64,000 bases of DNA from Candidatus Syntropharchaeum butanivorans (GCA_001766825.1 LYOR01000001.1:287746-351745); one strand, 5' to 3'; shown: positions 46,834 through 56,805, numbered from the stretch's first letter. The notes: a model not told the origin generated them from the sequence alone. Translations and numbers: made by a program.

Positions 46834-48099
46834 TCACTTCTCAACGATATCTATGACCATCCCAGCTGCGATCGTCTGTCCCATATCCCGGATGGCAAAC
46901 CTCCCAAGCTGTGGGATCTCCTTTGCCCTCTCGATCACAAATGGACGGGTTGGTTTGATCTTGACGATCGCAGCATCGCCGGTCTTGAGGAAGGACGGGT
47001 TCTCCTCCTTAACACCCCCGGTCTTGGGATCGATCTTCTTCTGAAGCTCCACAAACCGGCATGCCACCTGTGCCGTGTGGCAGTGGAAGACCGGTGTGTA
47101 CCCGACCGTGATCGCACTCGGGTGCTGAAGCACAACGATCTGAGCTGTGAACTCTGCTGCCACGGTCGGTGGGTTATCAGTATGACCACAGACATCTCCT
47201 CTCCTGAGATCGCCCTTACCGATACCACGCACGTTCCACCCTATGTTATCCCCGGGGAACGCCTGTGGGATCTCCTCATGGTGCATCTCTATCGACTTGA
47301 CCTCGCCTGACTTCATCGTGGGGCTGAAGATGACCTTATCACCCTTCTTCATTGTACCGGTCTCAACCCTACCAACGGGAACCGTTCCAACCCCGGAGAT
47401 TGAGTATACGTCCTGCACCGGGATTCGAAGCGGAAGATCAACCGGCTTTTCAGGCTCCTTCAGCGCATCAAGTGCCTGGACGAGGGTCGGCCCCTTGAAC
47501 CACGACATATTCTCACTCGGCTTTACCACGTTGTCCCCTTTGAGCGCGGATACCGGAAGGAATGTAACCATCTCATCCTTATACCCGACGATCTTCAGGA
47601 GATCCTGAACGTCCTTCTTCACCTCGTTGTATCTTTCCTCACTGTAATCGACCGTATCCATCTTGTTCAGGGCAACGATGACCTGGTTGATCCCTAAGGT
47701 CCTGGCTAAGAATACGTGCTCTTTCGTCTGAGCCATAACACCATCCTTTGCATCCACAACCAGAACAGCTGCGTCTGCCTGGGATGCCCCGGTGATCATG
47801 TTCTTGACAAAATCCCGATGTCCGGGACAATCCACGATGGTGAAGTAGTACTTATCAGTGTCAAACCTCTGATGGGCGATATCAATCGTGATACCGCGCT
47901 CTCGCTCCTCCTTCAGTGAGTCCATTACCCATGCAAACTCGAACGTTGCCTTTCCCTTTGCCTCTGCCTCCTTTCTGTACTGCTCAATCACATGCGGGTC
48001 TATCGTTCCGGTCTCAAAGAGCAATCTCCCAACAAGTGTTGACTTTCCATGATCAATATGGCCAATTATAGCCAGATTCATGTGTGGTTTCTCTGCCAT
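46834..48099 (-). CDS. tuf: translation elongation factor EF-1 alpha
   Basis: [26 protein letters not shown] and NKMD GTPase motifs are present. The start is at ATG 48099. Confidence 0.95.
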   Translation of the reverse strand: MAEKPHMNLAIIGHIDHGKSTLVGRLLFETGTIDPHVIEQYRKEAEAKGKATFEFAWVMDSLKEERERGITIDIAHQRFDTDKYYFTIVDCPGHRDFVKNMITGASQADAAVLVVDAKDGVMAQTKEHVFLARTLGINQVIVALNKMDTVDYSEERYNEVKKDVQDLLKIVGYKDEMVTFLPVSALKGDNVVKPSENMSWFKGPTLVQALDALKEPEKPVDLPLRIPVQDVYSISGVGTVPVGRVETGTMKKGDKVIFSPTMKSGEVKSIEMHHEEIPQAFPGDNIGWNVRGIGKGDLRRGDVCGHTDNPPTVAAEFTAQIVVLQHPSAITVGYTPVFHCHTAQVACRFVELQKKIDPKTGGVKEENPSFLKTGDAAIVKIKPTRPFVIERAKEIPQLGRFAIRDMGQTIAAGMVIDIVEK

Positions 48100-48170
48100 A
48101 TCCGATTCCTCCAAATATTGCGATCAAATCATAACCGTCTACCCTGTATTGACACCACGTCTTTATTAAT

Positions 48171-48872
48171 CTAACCCTCTCCCGAATCCTCCATCTTCAA
48201 TCGTTTAAGTGCGCTCATAAGCCACCCAGTTGCATCCTCCATTGCCTGGACAGCTTGCTTGAGGTCATCCTGCACATCGCGAAGGCCAAGATCTCCTGCC
48301 TCCTCCATAGCCTTCCTGTAACTCTCGAGATGCCCCTCACTGTGCTCAATCCAGTGCTCAAGCTTATGCCTCAACCGTTCCGCGGTCATATAACGCCTCC
48401 TTAAAAGCTCCTCTGTTTTTCTGATGTTCTCCCAGTGCCCCCCCTCCCAGAAGACCTGCCCACAACCGGTGCACTGCCAGAACTCCCGGTCATCAGGGGG
48501 TGAAACAGGTATGTAATCATACCCTTCCTCCCTTAGCGCTTCGAGTTCATCCTTATTCAACCTTTTGATCTGATCGTTGCAGAGCGTGCAGCGGATCATC
48601 TTGGGGGAAGGATCAACTCCGAGATGGATCATCACCTCGGTCAGCTGCCCGACTATATCGAGGGATCTGATCTGTACCGCCCTCACCCCCCTCCGCCTGC
48701 ACCGCTCAACGAGTGCCTTATCCCGGCTCAGGAGGATCCTGCCCTCGTGCTTTGCCCTTAAAAAGAGTGTACCATCCTCCTCTCCCTCCTCAGCATAGAT
48801 CGTATCGTACCCAAAGAGCCTGAGCCACGATCGCATTCGACCGAGCATCCGATCAAGGATGAACCTCATCAT
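48171..48872 (-). CDS. Mut7-C RNase domain (DUF82) protein with helical C-terminal extension
   Basis: It has MRFILDRMLGRMRSWLRLFGYDT (the PIN-like Mut7-C N-terminus) and a zinc ribbon (CTLCN...CTGCG). The start is at ATG 48872. Confidence 0.65.
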   Translation of the reverse strand: MMRFILDRMLGRMRSWLRLFGYDTIYAEEGEEDGTLFLRAKHEGRILLSRDKALVERCRRRGVRAVQIRSLDIVGQLTEVMIHLGVDPSPKMIRCTLCNDQIKRLNKDELEALREEGYDYIPVSPPDDREFWQCTGCGQVFWEGGHWENIRKTEELLRRRYMTAERLRHKLEHWIEHSEGHLESYRKAMEEAGDLGLRDVQDDLKQAVQAMEDATGWLMSALKRLKMEDSGEG

Positions 48873-48948
48873 CTTAAATCCTTGCACAGAGCATATATTA
48901 CTGATGGTGATGCGGGTATCACCCGGCTCACTCGACTGGCTGGTTGGC

Positions 48949-50232
48949 ATGAGGTTCTACCTCACAGGCGAACAGGGGGTTGGGGGGGTCATAAAGCAGA
49001 GACCGGAAGACTTCGTCGTTGAAGAGATATCAGAGCAAGATCTGAACTCTGAGGGTAGATACCTCATCGTCGAGCTTGAGAAGCGAGACTGGGAGATGCA
49101 CAACCTCGTGCGAGAGATCGCTGGCATACTCAGAATCAGCCGTAAGCGGATTGACTGGGCTGGAACGAAGGATAAACGGGCTGTCACCAGGCAAAGAATC
49201 AGCATCTGGGACGTTGACGAGGATATGATCGATCGCATCAGGATACCCGGCGTCAGGCTCAGGGTTCTCGGAAGATCACGAAGGAAGATAGCACTCGGGG
49301 ATCTCCATGGCAATCGGTTTGAGATTGTCATAAGAGGGGCCAGGAATGACGGAAACCTTGAAGGAGATCTCCAGAGGATTCAGGATACAATTAGAGTACA
49401 TGGTGGTGTGATCAACTACTTTGGATACCAGCGTTTTGGGATCCAGCGACCGATAAACCACACCGTGGGTGAACTCATCGTAAGGGGAAAGCTTGAGGAT
49501 GCGGTACGGGTAATACTGACTGCCAGATTTGGTACAGAGGATGAGGCCGTTGAGAGAGCACGGGAGTTCATCCACGAGACGTGGGATCTGAAAGAGGCGA
49601 TCAACCTCATGCCACAGGGGCTTCTCATCGAACGTTCGATGATACACGCACTTATAAACAGGCCAGGGGACTACCATGGCGCCTTCATGTCACTGCCGAG
49701 AAGGCTCTACAGGATATTTGTTCACGCCTACCAGTCCTACATCTTCAACCTCATCGTCTCAGCCAGACTCGAGGAGGGGCTTGGGCTGAACGAGGCCTAT
49801 GAGGGGGATGTTGTCTGCTTCAGAGGGGAGAATGGGTTTCCCGATGTCACGAGGTGGCAGGTGGTGCGAAGCACAGAAGTTGATGCGATTAACCGTCTGA
49901 TAAAGATGGGAAGGGCCTTTGTTACAGCCCCGATCGTCGGGTTTGAGACCGAGATTGCAGATGGTATTCAGGGAGAGATAGAACACAGAATCCTTGAATC
50001 CCTCAAGATAACACCCCAGGACTTCAGAGTACCTCATGCCGAGGAGTTTGCATCAAAAGGGCTGAGAAGGGAGATTAAACTTCCTGTGGATCCATCATTT
50101 GAGGTGCTGGGGGATGGAGATGTGAAGATCTCATTCACGCTCCCGAAAGGCGGATATGCAACGACCGTACTGCGAGAGTTTATGAAGAATGAGATCACGC
50201 CGGGAAAGGGATTTGAACCCTTGAGGGGATAA
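48949..50232 (+). CDS. truD: tRNA pseudouridine synthase TruD/Pus7 family
   Basis: Contains GVIKQRPEDFVVEEI, the catalytic block AGTKDKRAVTRQ and the NYFGYQRFG motif. The start is at ATG 48949. The last 35 nt overlap a convergent tRNA-Ser. Confidence 0.8.
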   Translation: MRFYLTGEQGVGGVIKQRPEDFVVEEISEQDLNSEGRYLIVELEKRDWEMHNLVREIAGILRISRKRIDWAGTKDKRAVTRQRISIWDVDEDMIDRIRIPGVRLRVLGRSRRKIALGDLHGNRFEIVIRGARNDGNLEGDLQRIQDTIRVHGGVINYFGYQRFGIQRPINHTVGELIVRGKLEDAVRVILTARFGTEDEAVERAREFIHETWDLKEAINLMPQGLLIERSMIHALINRPGDYHGAFMSLPRRLYRIFVHAYQSYIFNLIVSARLEEGLGLNEAYEGDVVCFRGENGFPDVTRWQVVRSTEVDAINRLIKMGRAFVTAPIVGFETEIADGIQGEIEHRILESLKITPQDFRVPHAEEFASKGLRREIKLPVDPSFEVLGDGDVKISFTLPKGGYATTVLREFMKNEITPGKGFEPLRG

Positions 50233-50315
50233 TCCCCACAGGCTACCTGGAGACGGAAACAACCTTTAATATAGCTCTACTCCAGGCCTGCGCCTTACCA
50301 CTCGACCATCCCGGC
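50198..50315 (-). tRNA. tRNA-Ser (GGA) with ~35-nt intron at 37/38
   Basis: Minus-strand 118 nt. The acceptor stem is GCCGGGA/TCCCGGC. The anticodon stem CAGGC...GCCTG is interrupted after CTGGAG by a 35-nt insert (50245-50279). The 3' part of the insert (TCTCCAGG) can pair with the anticodon region. The long variable arm is TGGGGATTATCCCCTC and the T-arm is AAGGG-TTCAAAT-CCCTT. Confidence 0.8.
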
Positions 50316-50463
50316 ATGAAGTGATAAAATCTTCTGTATGCAGGTATTTAAATTTGATCGATAGATTGACCGTCTTTGTAAAAAAGAAAAGTTTTTAATA
50401 TAGGAGTAGAAATGGATGTGCGAGTTGATATCGAGTATTCTAAGGATCATTGGAGGAGTTTCA

Positions 50464-52548
50464 TTGCTAAGACCTGCCAGAATGAAACGGATACGGGCTG
50501 TCGTCCTCGATGAGTATACGAATGAGGTTGTGAAAGGGCTTGAGCGGGCAGGTGTGATCCATCTCACAAATGTTGTGGAGGATATCGATAGATGGGAAGG
50601 GTTACTCACACCCTGTACCCACGATGAGGCGATGGCCAGGTCTTCTGAGCTGTTGACAAGGATAAACACGGTGCTTGAACGACTCGGTGGAGATGAGGAG
50701 AAGAAGGGTATACTGAGCCTCTTCAAAGGAGAGGATGTGAAGCGAGTTCGAGTGGAGGATAAACCACTTGGAAGTTATAGTGAAGAGATTGAGGCAAGCT
50801 TTAGCGAGATTGAGAGGGAGGTTCTGGAGATAACGTCACGGCTTGAAACACTCAAAGAAGAGCTGTCAACGGCCCGGTTTACAAGAGAGATCCTTGGAGT
50901 CCTTGAGAGGCTCGGTGTAGATCCCGATTATATCGGTGAGTTCAGATTCTCCTCAACAGTAGCAGGTGTACTCCCGAGCCAGAACCTGCCTGACCTTGAG
51001 AAGTTTCTTGAGGAGAACCTCAAGGAGGAGTATCTTCTCATAAAGGAGGATATGGGTGACGGAGAGAGGACTCTCGTCATAATAGATAGCCTGATTGAGC
51101 GGCGGGATGAAATTTACAAGTTCCTCAGGATAATCGATTTTGAGGTGTTCACCCCCCCACCTGATCTTCCAGGAAAGATAAAAGAGGCAATCGATAAGAT
51201 AACTCCGGTGATTGAGGGGCTTGAGAGTGAACAATCCGCCTTAGAGAGTGAGCTTTTGAGGATCAGGGATGAGAAACGGGGTGAACTCCTTGTCATGCGT
51301 GAAATCGTTCAGATAGAGGATAGTACCCTTCGGGCAAAGCTCAACTTTGGTTCCACCGAGACGGTTCATCTCCTTGAAGGCTGGATCCCGGAGGGCAGGG
51401 TTTCTGAGATCGAGGAGCTGATAAGGAGAAGATCTGAAGACCACTGCCTGGTGGAATTCAATGATCCTTCCGAGGATGACCTGCCTCCCACACTGCTCCA
51501 GAACCCGAGGTTTGCAAAGCCGTACGAGATGATGGTCAAGATGTTCGGTATCCCCCATTACAGGGAGTTCGATCCAACACTTCTGATGGCGATCGTCTTC
51601 CCGTTCTTCTTCGCGTTCATGTTCCCTGATGTTGGCCACGGTCTTGTTGTGCTCTTACTCGGCGTACTTGTGGCCTTCTTCATGAAAGGGATAGGACCCA
51701 GTATGAGGGATCTCGGGTTGATCATGATCCCATGTGGTGCTGCATCGATGGTTACAGGCGCGCTCTTTGGTGAGATCTTTGGATGGGGAGAGGCGGCAGA
51801 GGCGTTTGTTGGAGAACAAGTAAAACCGCTGATGGAACCCCTCTGGTTTGATCCGATACTGAAAGCGCATCATCCGATCATATTCGGAATTGAGAGTGGC
51901 GTTGTTGCGTTCTTCGTGATAACCCTCATCTTCGGTGGTATACATCTCAATCTTGGGGTAATACTGGATGTTATCAAACGAATCCGGATGAAGCAGAGCC
52001 CACTCTTCCCGGTGCTCTGCCTCTGGTTCTACTCCGGTTTCCTCTTCTGGCTGATGTACCTGGTTGTGAAGGGCGGTCTTTACCCTGATCCGAAGCTCTA
52101 TGGGTGGATGTGTCTACCGCTTCTGATCGTATTTGCAGAGGGTGTGAAGGAGAAGCGGCATGAGTCGATCGAGGCAGGAACATCCGGCGCGATGGAGGTC
52201 GTGATATGGATACTCGGTGGGCTGATCGAGGTGCTTGATGTCTTCTCAAGGTTCCTCTCAAACACGATCTCTTACGGGAGGATACTGGCGATGGCGCTTG
52301 CGCACATCTGTCTTATGGTTCTTACGATCCTCATCGCATACATGCTTGCAGGAATAGGTCTTATCGGTCCGATACTCTTCGTACTCGTCATAATCGCCGG
52401 TAATATCGTTGTGATAGGGCTTGAGGTCTTCCTCGTCACGATCCAGGATCTCAGGTTGCATTTCTACGAGTTCTTCACAAAGTTCTACGATGCATCAGGG
52501 ATAGAGTATGAGCCGCTCAGGGTAGAGCGGATATACACAGAGAAATGA
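50464..52548 (+). CDS. atpI: A/V-type ATP synthase subunit I
   Basis: It has an N-terminal cytoplasmic coiled-coil domain plus C-terminal TM domain with LSNTISYGRILAMALAH (essential Arg). I prefer TTG 50464, which gives MLRPARMKRIRAV and has GGAGGAG 5 nt upstream. The alternatives are ATG 50416 and ATG 50482. Confidence 0.85.
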   Translation: MLRPARMKRIRAVVLDEYTNEVVKGLERAGVIHLTNVVEDIDRWEGLLTPCTHDEAMARSSELLTRINTVLERLGGDEEKKGILSLFKGEDVKRVRVEDKPLGSYSEEIEASFSEIEREVLEITSRLETLKEELSTARFTREILGVLERLGVDPDYIGEFRFSSTVAGVLPSQNLPDLEKFLEENLKEEYLLIKEDMGDGERTLVIIDSLIERRDEIYKFLRIIDFEVFTPPPDLPGKIKEAIDKITPVIEGLESEQSALESELLRIRDEKRGELLVMREIVQIEDSTLRAKLNFGSTETVHLLEGWIPEGRVSEIEELIRRRSEDHCLVEFNDPSEDDLPPTLLQNPRFAKPYEMMVKMFGIPHYREFDPTLLMAIVFPFFFAFMFPDVGHGLVVLLLGVLVAFFMKGIGPSMRDLGLIMIPCGAASMVTGALFGEIFGWGEAAEAFVGEQVKPLMEPLWFDPILKAHHPIIFGIESGVVAFFVITLIFGGIHLNLGVILDVIKRIRMKQSPLFPVLCLWFYSGFLFWLMYLVVKGGLYPDPKLYGWMCLPLLIVFAEGVKEKRHESIEAGTSGAMEVVIWILGGLIEVLDVFSRFLSNTISYGRILAMALAHICLMVLTILIAYMLAGIGLIGPILFVLVIIAGNIVVIGLEVFLVTIQDLRLHFYEFFTKFYDASGIEYEPLRVERIYTEK

Positions 52549-52766
52549 ACAGATATACGGCAGAGGGGCTTGGGTATGCACTTGAGATCGTCACTTCTGT
52601 CGTGGTTGCCTCTTTTTTTGGACTGCTTATAACAGGGTGGAGGCCTGGCGAGGCCATTGAGGGTATCCAGATCCTCGGGCTTTTTCTCGGTGCGATTGGG
52701 GGTTTCGCCCTCTCCATTTACGGTGTAATCAGGAAATACCAGCCAAAGGATGGGAAGCAGCATTGA
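52545..52766 (+). CDS. small two-TM membrane protein (AtpZ/ATPase-gene-1-like?)
   Basis: 73 aa with a start overlapping the atpI stop (ATGA). It has two hydrophobic helices. LGYALEIVTSVVVASFFGLLITGW...LGLFLGAIGGFALSIYGV loosely resembles AtpZ-type proteins, not the c/K proteolipid. Confidence 0.4.
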   Translation: MNRYTAEGLGYALEIVTSVVVASFFGLLITGWRPGEAIEGIQILGLFLGAIGGFALSIYGVIRKYQPKDGKQH

Positions 52767-52926
52767 ATGTGAGCTAAGTTCCGATTTTTCAAAGACCTTG
52801 AACGAGCGGTTAGAGGGGCGTCTGTCTCAGTGGATTCAAAGCGATAATAAAAGTCGCAAGGCTCATTAACTATCCCTTTTAAGGAGGTACCAAACTTTTT
52901 AAACCCTTCTACCCCTCTATCTTTCG

Positions 52927-53460
52927 ATGCTTGAATCGGTGCTCATCATACTTCCTAAGGCTCTATGGCTGATTCTCCCGGCATATGTCGCAAACTCATC
53001 TGCTGTTCTCTTTGGTGGGGGAGTACCCATTGATCTCCGGGTTAAAATAAGGGGAAAGCGCATCCTTGGGGATGGTAAGACCTACAGGGGGCTTATCCTG
53101 GGAACATGCTGTGGGGTGCTCGTTGGAATCTTTCAGAACCAAATGGCAGGTCTTCTTGGTGGTGTGATCTTTCCACCTGTTGTACTTCTCTCACTTGCAT
53201 TTGGTGCACTTTTTGGAGATATCACAGAGAGCCTGATAAAGAGGCGACTTGGTATCAAACAGGGCGCACCCTTCTTCCCCTTCGATCAGCTTGACTTTAT
53301 AGCCGGAGCGTTCATTACCCTCTGGCTCACCTCAGAGGAGTGGTTCCTCACTCACTTCAGCCTGGATGTGATCATAACGATACTCATAATCACGCCAATA
53401 CTTCACCTTCTTACAAACAGGATCGGCTACATCATCGGTAAGAAAGACGTCCCGTGGTGA
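52927..53460 (+). CDS. carS: CDP-archaeol synthase
   Basis: Contains LWLILPAYVANSSAVLFGGG.PID, ILGDGKTYRGL, GDITESLIKRRLGI and PFFPFDQLDF, matching the CarS (DUF46) family. Confidence 0.8.
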   Translation: MLESVLIILPKALWLILPAYVANSSAVLFGGGVPIDLRVKIRGKRILGDGKTYRGLILGTCCGVLVGIFQNQMAGLLGGVIFPPVVLLSLAFGALFGDITESLIKRRLGIKQGAPFFPFDQLDFIAGAFITLWLTSEEWFLTHFSLDVIITILIITPILHLLTNRIGYIIGKKDVPW

Positions 53461-53682
53461 ATAAAATCATCTTTGATAAAGGGTATTATAGATACAAAAA
53501 TTACGTGCCTGAAAGAACCATGATAGCGGACATATTCAAATGCTACACAGAGCGCTCAGTCAAAATATTAACTCAAAGGAGGGGTTACGGGGATTATTGA
53601 GTGGTAGGTGAGGAGGGGAGTAATAATCTCTGAAATGAAATTAGATATCTTCTGGATCGCATGTTATTTGAGTTACTTTTTC

Positions 53683-53699
53683 GGTTTTGGGACAAAATT
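53683..53699. repeat. left terminal inverted repeat of the IS-like element
   Basis: It is a 17/17 reverse-complement match to 54474-54490. Confidence 0.8.
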
Positions 53700-54221
53700 A
53701 CCTCACCCTGATTGCAAAGACAGTGTGCCACAGACCAACAGCAAACAGAGCCATCTCTCTTCTATCTTCTCTTTTCTGCCTGATCAACCAGTCAAATCCT
53801 ATTCTCGCCAGATTCTTCTTTGGAATCACATAGACAGCAGTTTCCTTACCAAACACCTTTAAAGTCTTTCTTGTGCTGTAATACCTATCCAGGGAAATAG
53901 AATTCATCTTCGCTCCCATTTCCTTGAGTATCTTCATTGCTTTGTTGAATGCATCCTTCTCTGACCTGCTTGAGTAACCAAATCCAACATACATTCCAGT
54001 ATCAATGTCTATTATCCTGAAAACATATCTGAAGTCCTTGCCTTTGGTCTTCCAGCTTTTTTATGAATTCTGATCATCGCAAGAGCTTCCCTAACATATT
54101 CTGGAAGCTTTCTCAGCCTTTCCTTAACAATTTCTCTCTTTCTTTCCCATTCAGCATATGGGTACTTCTCTTTCTCTTCTCTCCTTATCTCTTGACCAGT
54201 TCGTCTAAAACAACCAACAAC
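53698..54221 (-). pseudogene. transposase-like gene, split over two frames and lacking a start codon
   Basis: The upstream frame reads ...EKYPYAEWERKREIVKERLRKLPEYVREALAMIRIHKKAGRPKA then stops. The -1 frame continues KSWKTKGKDFRYVFRIIDIDTGMYVGFGYSS...SISLDRYYS...VIPKKN. The frames join at an A6 run (54057-54062, minus sense CATAAAAAAGC). There is no ATG/GTG/TTG near the 5' end of the upstream frame, and the total length is only ~175 codons. Confidence 0.5.
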
Positions 54222-54310
54222 TCATTAACGACTTCTTTGTTACTCTATTCCAGGTTCATATTCAGATTTTAACCAAAAAGTATTTAAGTATTTCTATGGA
54301 TATACTAAAA

Positions 54311-54470
54311 TATGAGAAGGATTGAAGTGAAGAAAGGTGATTTTGTGTTGAGGGAAGAAGTTGAAGTTGTTTTCGAGAAGAAAGTTACTCCTTTCGGTAA
54401 TTCAGCGAAGGTTGATGTGCCAAAGAGGTATCTGGGGTGGAGAGCATATGTGATTGTTGTCAGGGATTAG
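54311..54470 (+). pseudogene. DUF2080-like transposon-associated small protein, apparently frameshifted
   Basis: ATG 54311 gives MRRIEVKKGDFVLREEVEVVFEKKVTPFGNSAKVDVPK. The family-like ending RYLGWRAYVIVVRD* (stop at 54468-54470) is in the -1 frame after the CCC run at 54419-54421. As written, the frame instead runs on to TGA at 54500-54502. This ORF is not in the supplied track, so treat it with caution. Confidence 0.35.
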
Positions 54471-54473
54471 TTG

Positions 54474-54490
54474 AATTTTGTCCCAAAACC
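54474..54490. repeat. right terminal inverted repeat of the IS-like element
   Basis: It is a 17/17 reverse-complement match to 53683-53699, and lies 45 nt upstream of the leuA/cimA ATG. Confidence 0.8.
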
Positions 54491-54534
54491 CCTTTAAGGT
54501 GAGACTTATAAGATCTCACGGAAAGAGTATCACG

Positions 54535-56064
54535 ATGAATCTTTTCAGGGATGAGCTGCGAGGAGAGAAGGTAAAGGTCTTTGATACGACGCTCAGGGAT
54601 GGGGAGCAAACTCCAGGGATTGCATTTACGATGGATGAGAAGCTTGAGATCGCAAGACAGCTCGATAAGTTAGGGGTGGATGTGATAGAGGCGGGATTTC
54701 CAGTCTCCTCAAGGGAGGAGTTCAATGCTGTCAGGATGATCGCAGACGAGGGGCTTGATGCAGATATTTGTGGGCTTGCCCGGGTAATAAGGGATGATAT
54801 TGATGCGTGTATTGATTCTGGGGTAGACATAATCCATGTGTTTGTTGCAACCTCTGATATCCAGCGTGAGCACACGATCAAAAAAAGCAGGGATGAGGTT
54901 TGCAATCTTGCGGTTGAATCTGTGGAGTATGTGAAGGATCACGGTATCAGATGCCTCTTTTCTGCGATGGATGCAACCCGCACAGATCTCGATTACCTGA
55001 TGAAGGTGCTCAATCTTGTGGAGGATGCAGGGGTTGATCTCATCAACGTCCCTGATACAGTCGGTGTAATGTCTCCATCCGCAATGTACAGGCTTATAAG
55101 GCATATCAGGGATAGAATATCGGTGCCCCTGGATGTTCACTGTCATAACGATTTTGGGCTTGCTGTTGCAAACACACTGATGGCTGTTGAGGCTGGAGCA
55201 CGCCAGGTGCAGGTTACCATCAATGGAATCGGTGAGCGTGCAGGGAATGCAAGCCTCGCAGAGGTCGTGATGAGTTTACATGCGATATATGGTGTTAAGA
55301 CTGGGATCAGAACTGAGTATCTATACGAGACCTCGAAGCTCATCGAACGATTGAGCGGTCTTCATCTACTCCCAAACACCCCAGTTGTTGGTGAGAACGC
55401 ATTCTCGCATGAGTCAGGTGTGCATGCACACGGTGTCATCGAGGAGAGCTCGAGCTTTGAGCCAGGGATCATGACACCTGAGATGGTTGGACACAGGCGA
55501 CGGATCGTTGTGGGAAAACACACAGGAGCGCACGCTGTTGCTGAAAAGCTCGAGGAGGCCGGCTTTGAAGTCACAGAGGATCAACTTGCGGAGATACTTC
55601 GTAGGGTGAAGGAGCTGGGTTCAAAGGGGAAGATGGTGACAGATGCCGATCTTTATACGATAGCAGAGGTTGTTCTTGGGGAAATAGGTGAAAGAGAGCA
55701 GATTCTAAGGTTGAAAGAGTTATCTGTCATGACAGGAAATAAGATGACTCCAACCGCGGTGGTCAGGGCGATTGTGCATGGTGAGGAACGGGCTGTTGCT
55801 GAGATCGGAGTTGGACCTGTTGATGCCGCCCTCAACGCTGTTAAAAGCCTGATAGGTGAGTTTGAGAAGATAAAACTCAGAGATCTCAGGATTGATGCAA
55901 TAACAGGAGGATCTGACGCGCTTGCCGATGTTATGATCGTCGTCGAGGATGAGGAGGGCAGGATCGTGAGTGCCCGGGGTGTGAGGGATGACATCGTCAT
56001 CGCATCTGTGGAAGCCCTTGTTTCAGGGATAAACAGGCTTTTTCTCTTGAAGCGGAGGGATTGA
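54535..56064 (+). CDS. 2-isopropylmalate synthase / (R)-citramalate synthase family (LeuA/CimA)
   Basis: Contains [24 protein letters not shown] and the C-terminal LeuA-dimer regulatory domain. The start is set at ATG 54535; the ORF-track TTG at 54478 lies inside the IS inverted repeat. LeuA and CimA cannot be told apart by eye. Confidence 0.85.
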   Translation: MNLFRDELRGEKVKVFDTTLRDGEQTPGIAFTMDEKLEIARQLDKLGVDVIEAGFPVSSREEFNAVRMIADEGLDADICGLARVIRDDIDACIDSGVDIIHVFVATSDIQREHTIKKSRDEVCNLAVESVEYVKDHGIRCLFSAMDATRTDLDYLMKVLNLVEDAGVDLINVPDTVGVMSPSAMYRLIRHIRDRISVPLDVHCHNDFGLAVANTLMAVEAGARQVQVTINGIGERAGNASLAEVVMSLHAIYGVKTGIRTEYLYETSKLIERLSGLHLLPNTPVVGENAFSHESGVHAHGVIEESSSFEPGIMTPEMVGHRRRIVVGKHTGAHAVAEKLEEAGFEVTEDQLAEILRRVKELGSKGKMVTDADLYTIAEVVLGEIGEREQILRLKELSVMTGNKMTPTAVVRAIVHGEERAVAEIGVGPVDAALNAVKSLIGEFEKIKLRDLRIDAITGGSDALADVMIVVEDEEGRIVSARGVRDDIVIASVEALVSGINRLFLLKRRD

Positions 56065-56805
56065 ATGGATCTTGTTGATGCCCACTGTCACCTCGACTTC
56101 AAGCAGTTTGATAAGGACCGGGATGAGGTGATAGAAAGGGCCAAGAAGGCAGGAGTATGTACCATAATAAACTCGGGAGTAGATTATGAGACAAATCTTA
56201 GCACGCTGATGCTTTCATCCTCTCACGATCTCATCAAGGTGACACTCGGTCTTAACCCGAACATGATACATGAGACGGATGTGGATATGACATTCGAGCT
56301 GATCGAAGAGCGGGCAGAGGATCTGCTTGGGATCGGTGAGGTGGGTCTTGACTACTACAGAATGAAGACATCAAAAAAGGAGCAGAAAGAGGTCTTTCTT
56401 CGTGCTATCGAGCTTGCCAGGCGGCTTGATAAGCCGATCATACTCCACTCAAGGGATGCCGAGGGTGAGTGCTTCGAGCTTGTTAAAGGCCTTGATCGTG
56501 TTATTTTTCACTGTTATGGGGGTAGTGCTTCTCTGATGGAGCAAATCGTTGATAGGGGCTTTTATATCTCACTTGCAACGGTTATATGCTACTCAGATAG
56601 TCATAGAAAGGTTGTTGAACGGGTCCCACTTGAGAACCTCCTTATCGAGACGGATAGTCCATTTCTATCACCCTTCAGGGGTAAGCGAAACGAGCCGGCT
56701 TATGTCATGGAGGCTGCAAAGAAGATCGCCGAGGTCAAGGGGATCTGGGTTGAGGAGGTTGCAGATGCAACTCTCATGAATGTGAAAAGGGTTTATGGCA
56801 TCTGA
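56065..56805 (+). CDS. tatD: TatD-family metal-dependent hydrolase
   Basis: Contains DAHCHLD, GEVGLDYYR, ILHSRDA and ETDSPFL. Confidence 0.85.
   Translation: MDLVDAHCHLDFKQFDKDRDEVIERAKKAGVCTIINSGVDYETNLSTLMLSSSHDLIKVTLGLNPNMIHETDVDMTFELIEERAEDLLGIGEVGLDYYRMKTSKKEQKEVFLRAIELARRLDKPIILHSRDAEGECFELVKGLDRVIFHCYGGSASLMEQIVDRGFYISLATVICYSDSHRKVVERVPLENLLIETDSPFLSPFRGKRNEPAYVMEAAKKIAEVKGIWVEEVADATLMNVKRVYGI

Larger units (their letters stand above)
53683..54490. mobile_element. decayed IS-like element (808 bp) bounded by perfect 17-bp terminal inverted repeats
   Basis: GGTTTTGGGACAAAATT at 53683-53699 is the exact reverse complement of AATTTTGTCCCAAAACC at 54474-54490. The interior carries a frameshifted transposase-like reading frame (minus) and a small DUF2080-like transposon-associated ORF (plus). 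It is AT-rich relative to its flanks. I see no obvious target-site duplication. Confidence 0.6.

Noticed and set aside
46457-46844. Stop-codon readthrough producing an S10-CofC fusion, since the frames coincide
   Set aside because: The frames do coincide, but an unrelated ribosomal protein/F420-enzyme fusion has no precedent that I know of. The linker carries an SD-like GGAGG, which favours independent initiation.
53608-53862. 84-aa plus-strand ORF at the left edge of the IS-like element
   Set aside because: It crosses the terminal inverted repeat and runs antisense to the transposase-like frame. Its product has no recognisable motifs. It is probably spurious.
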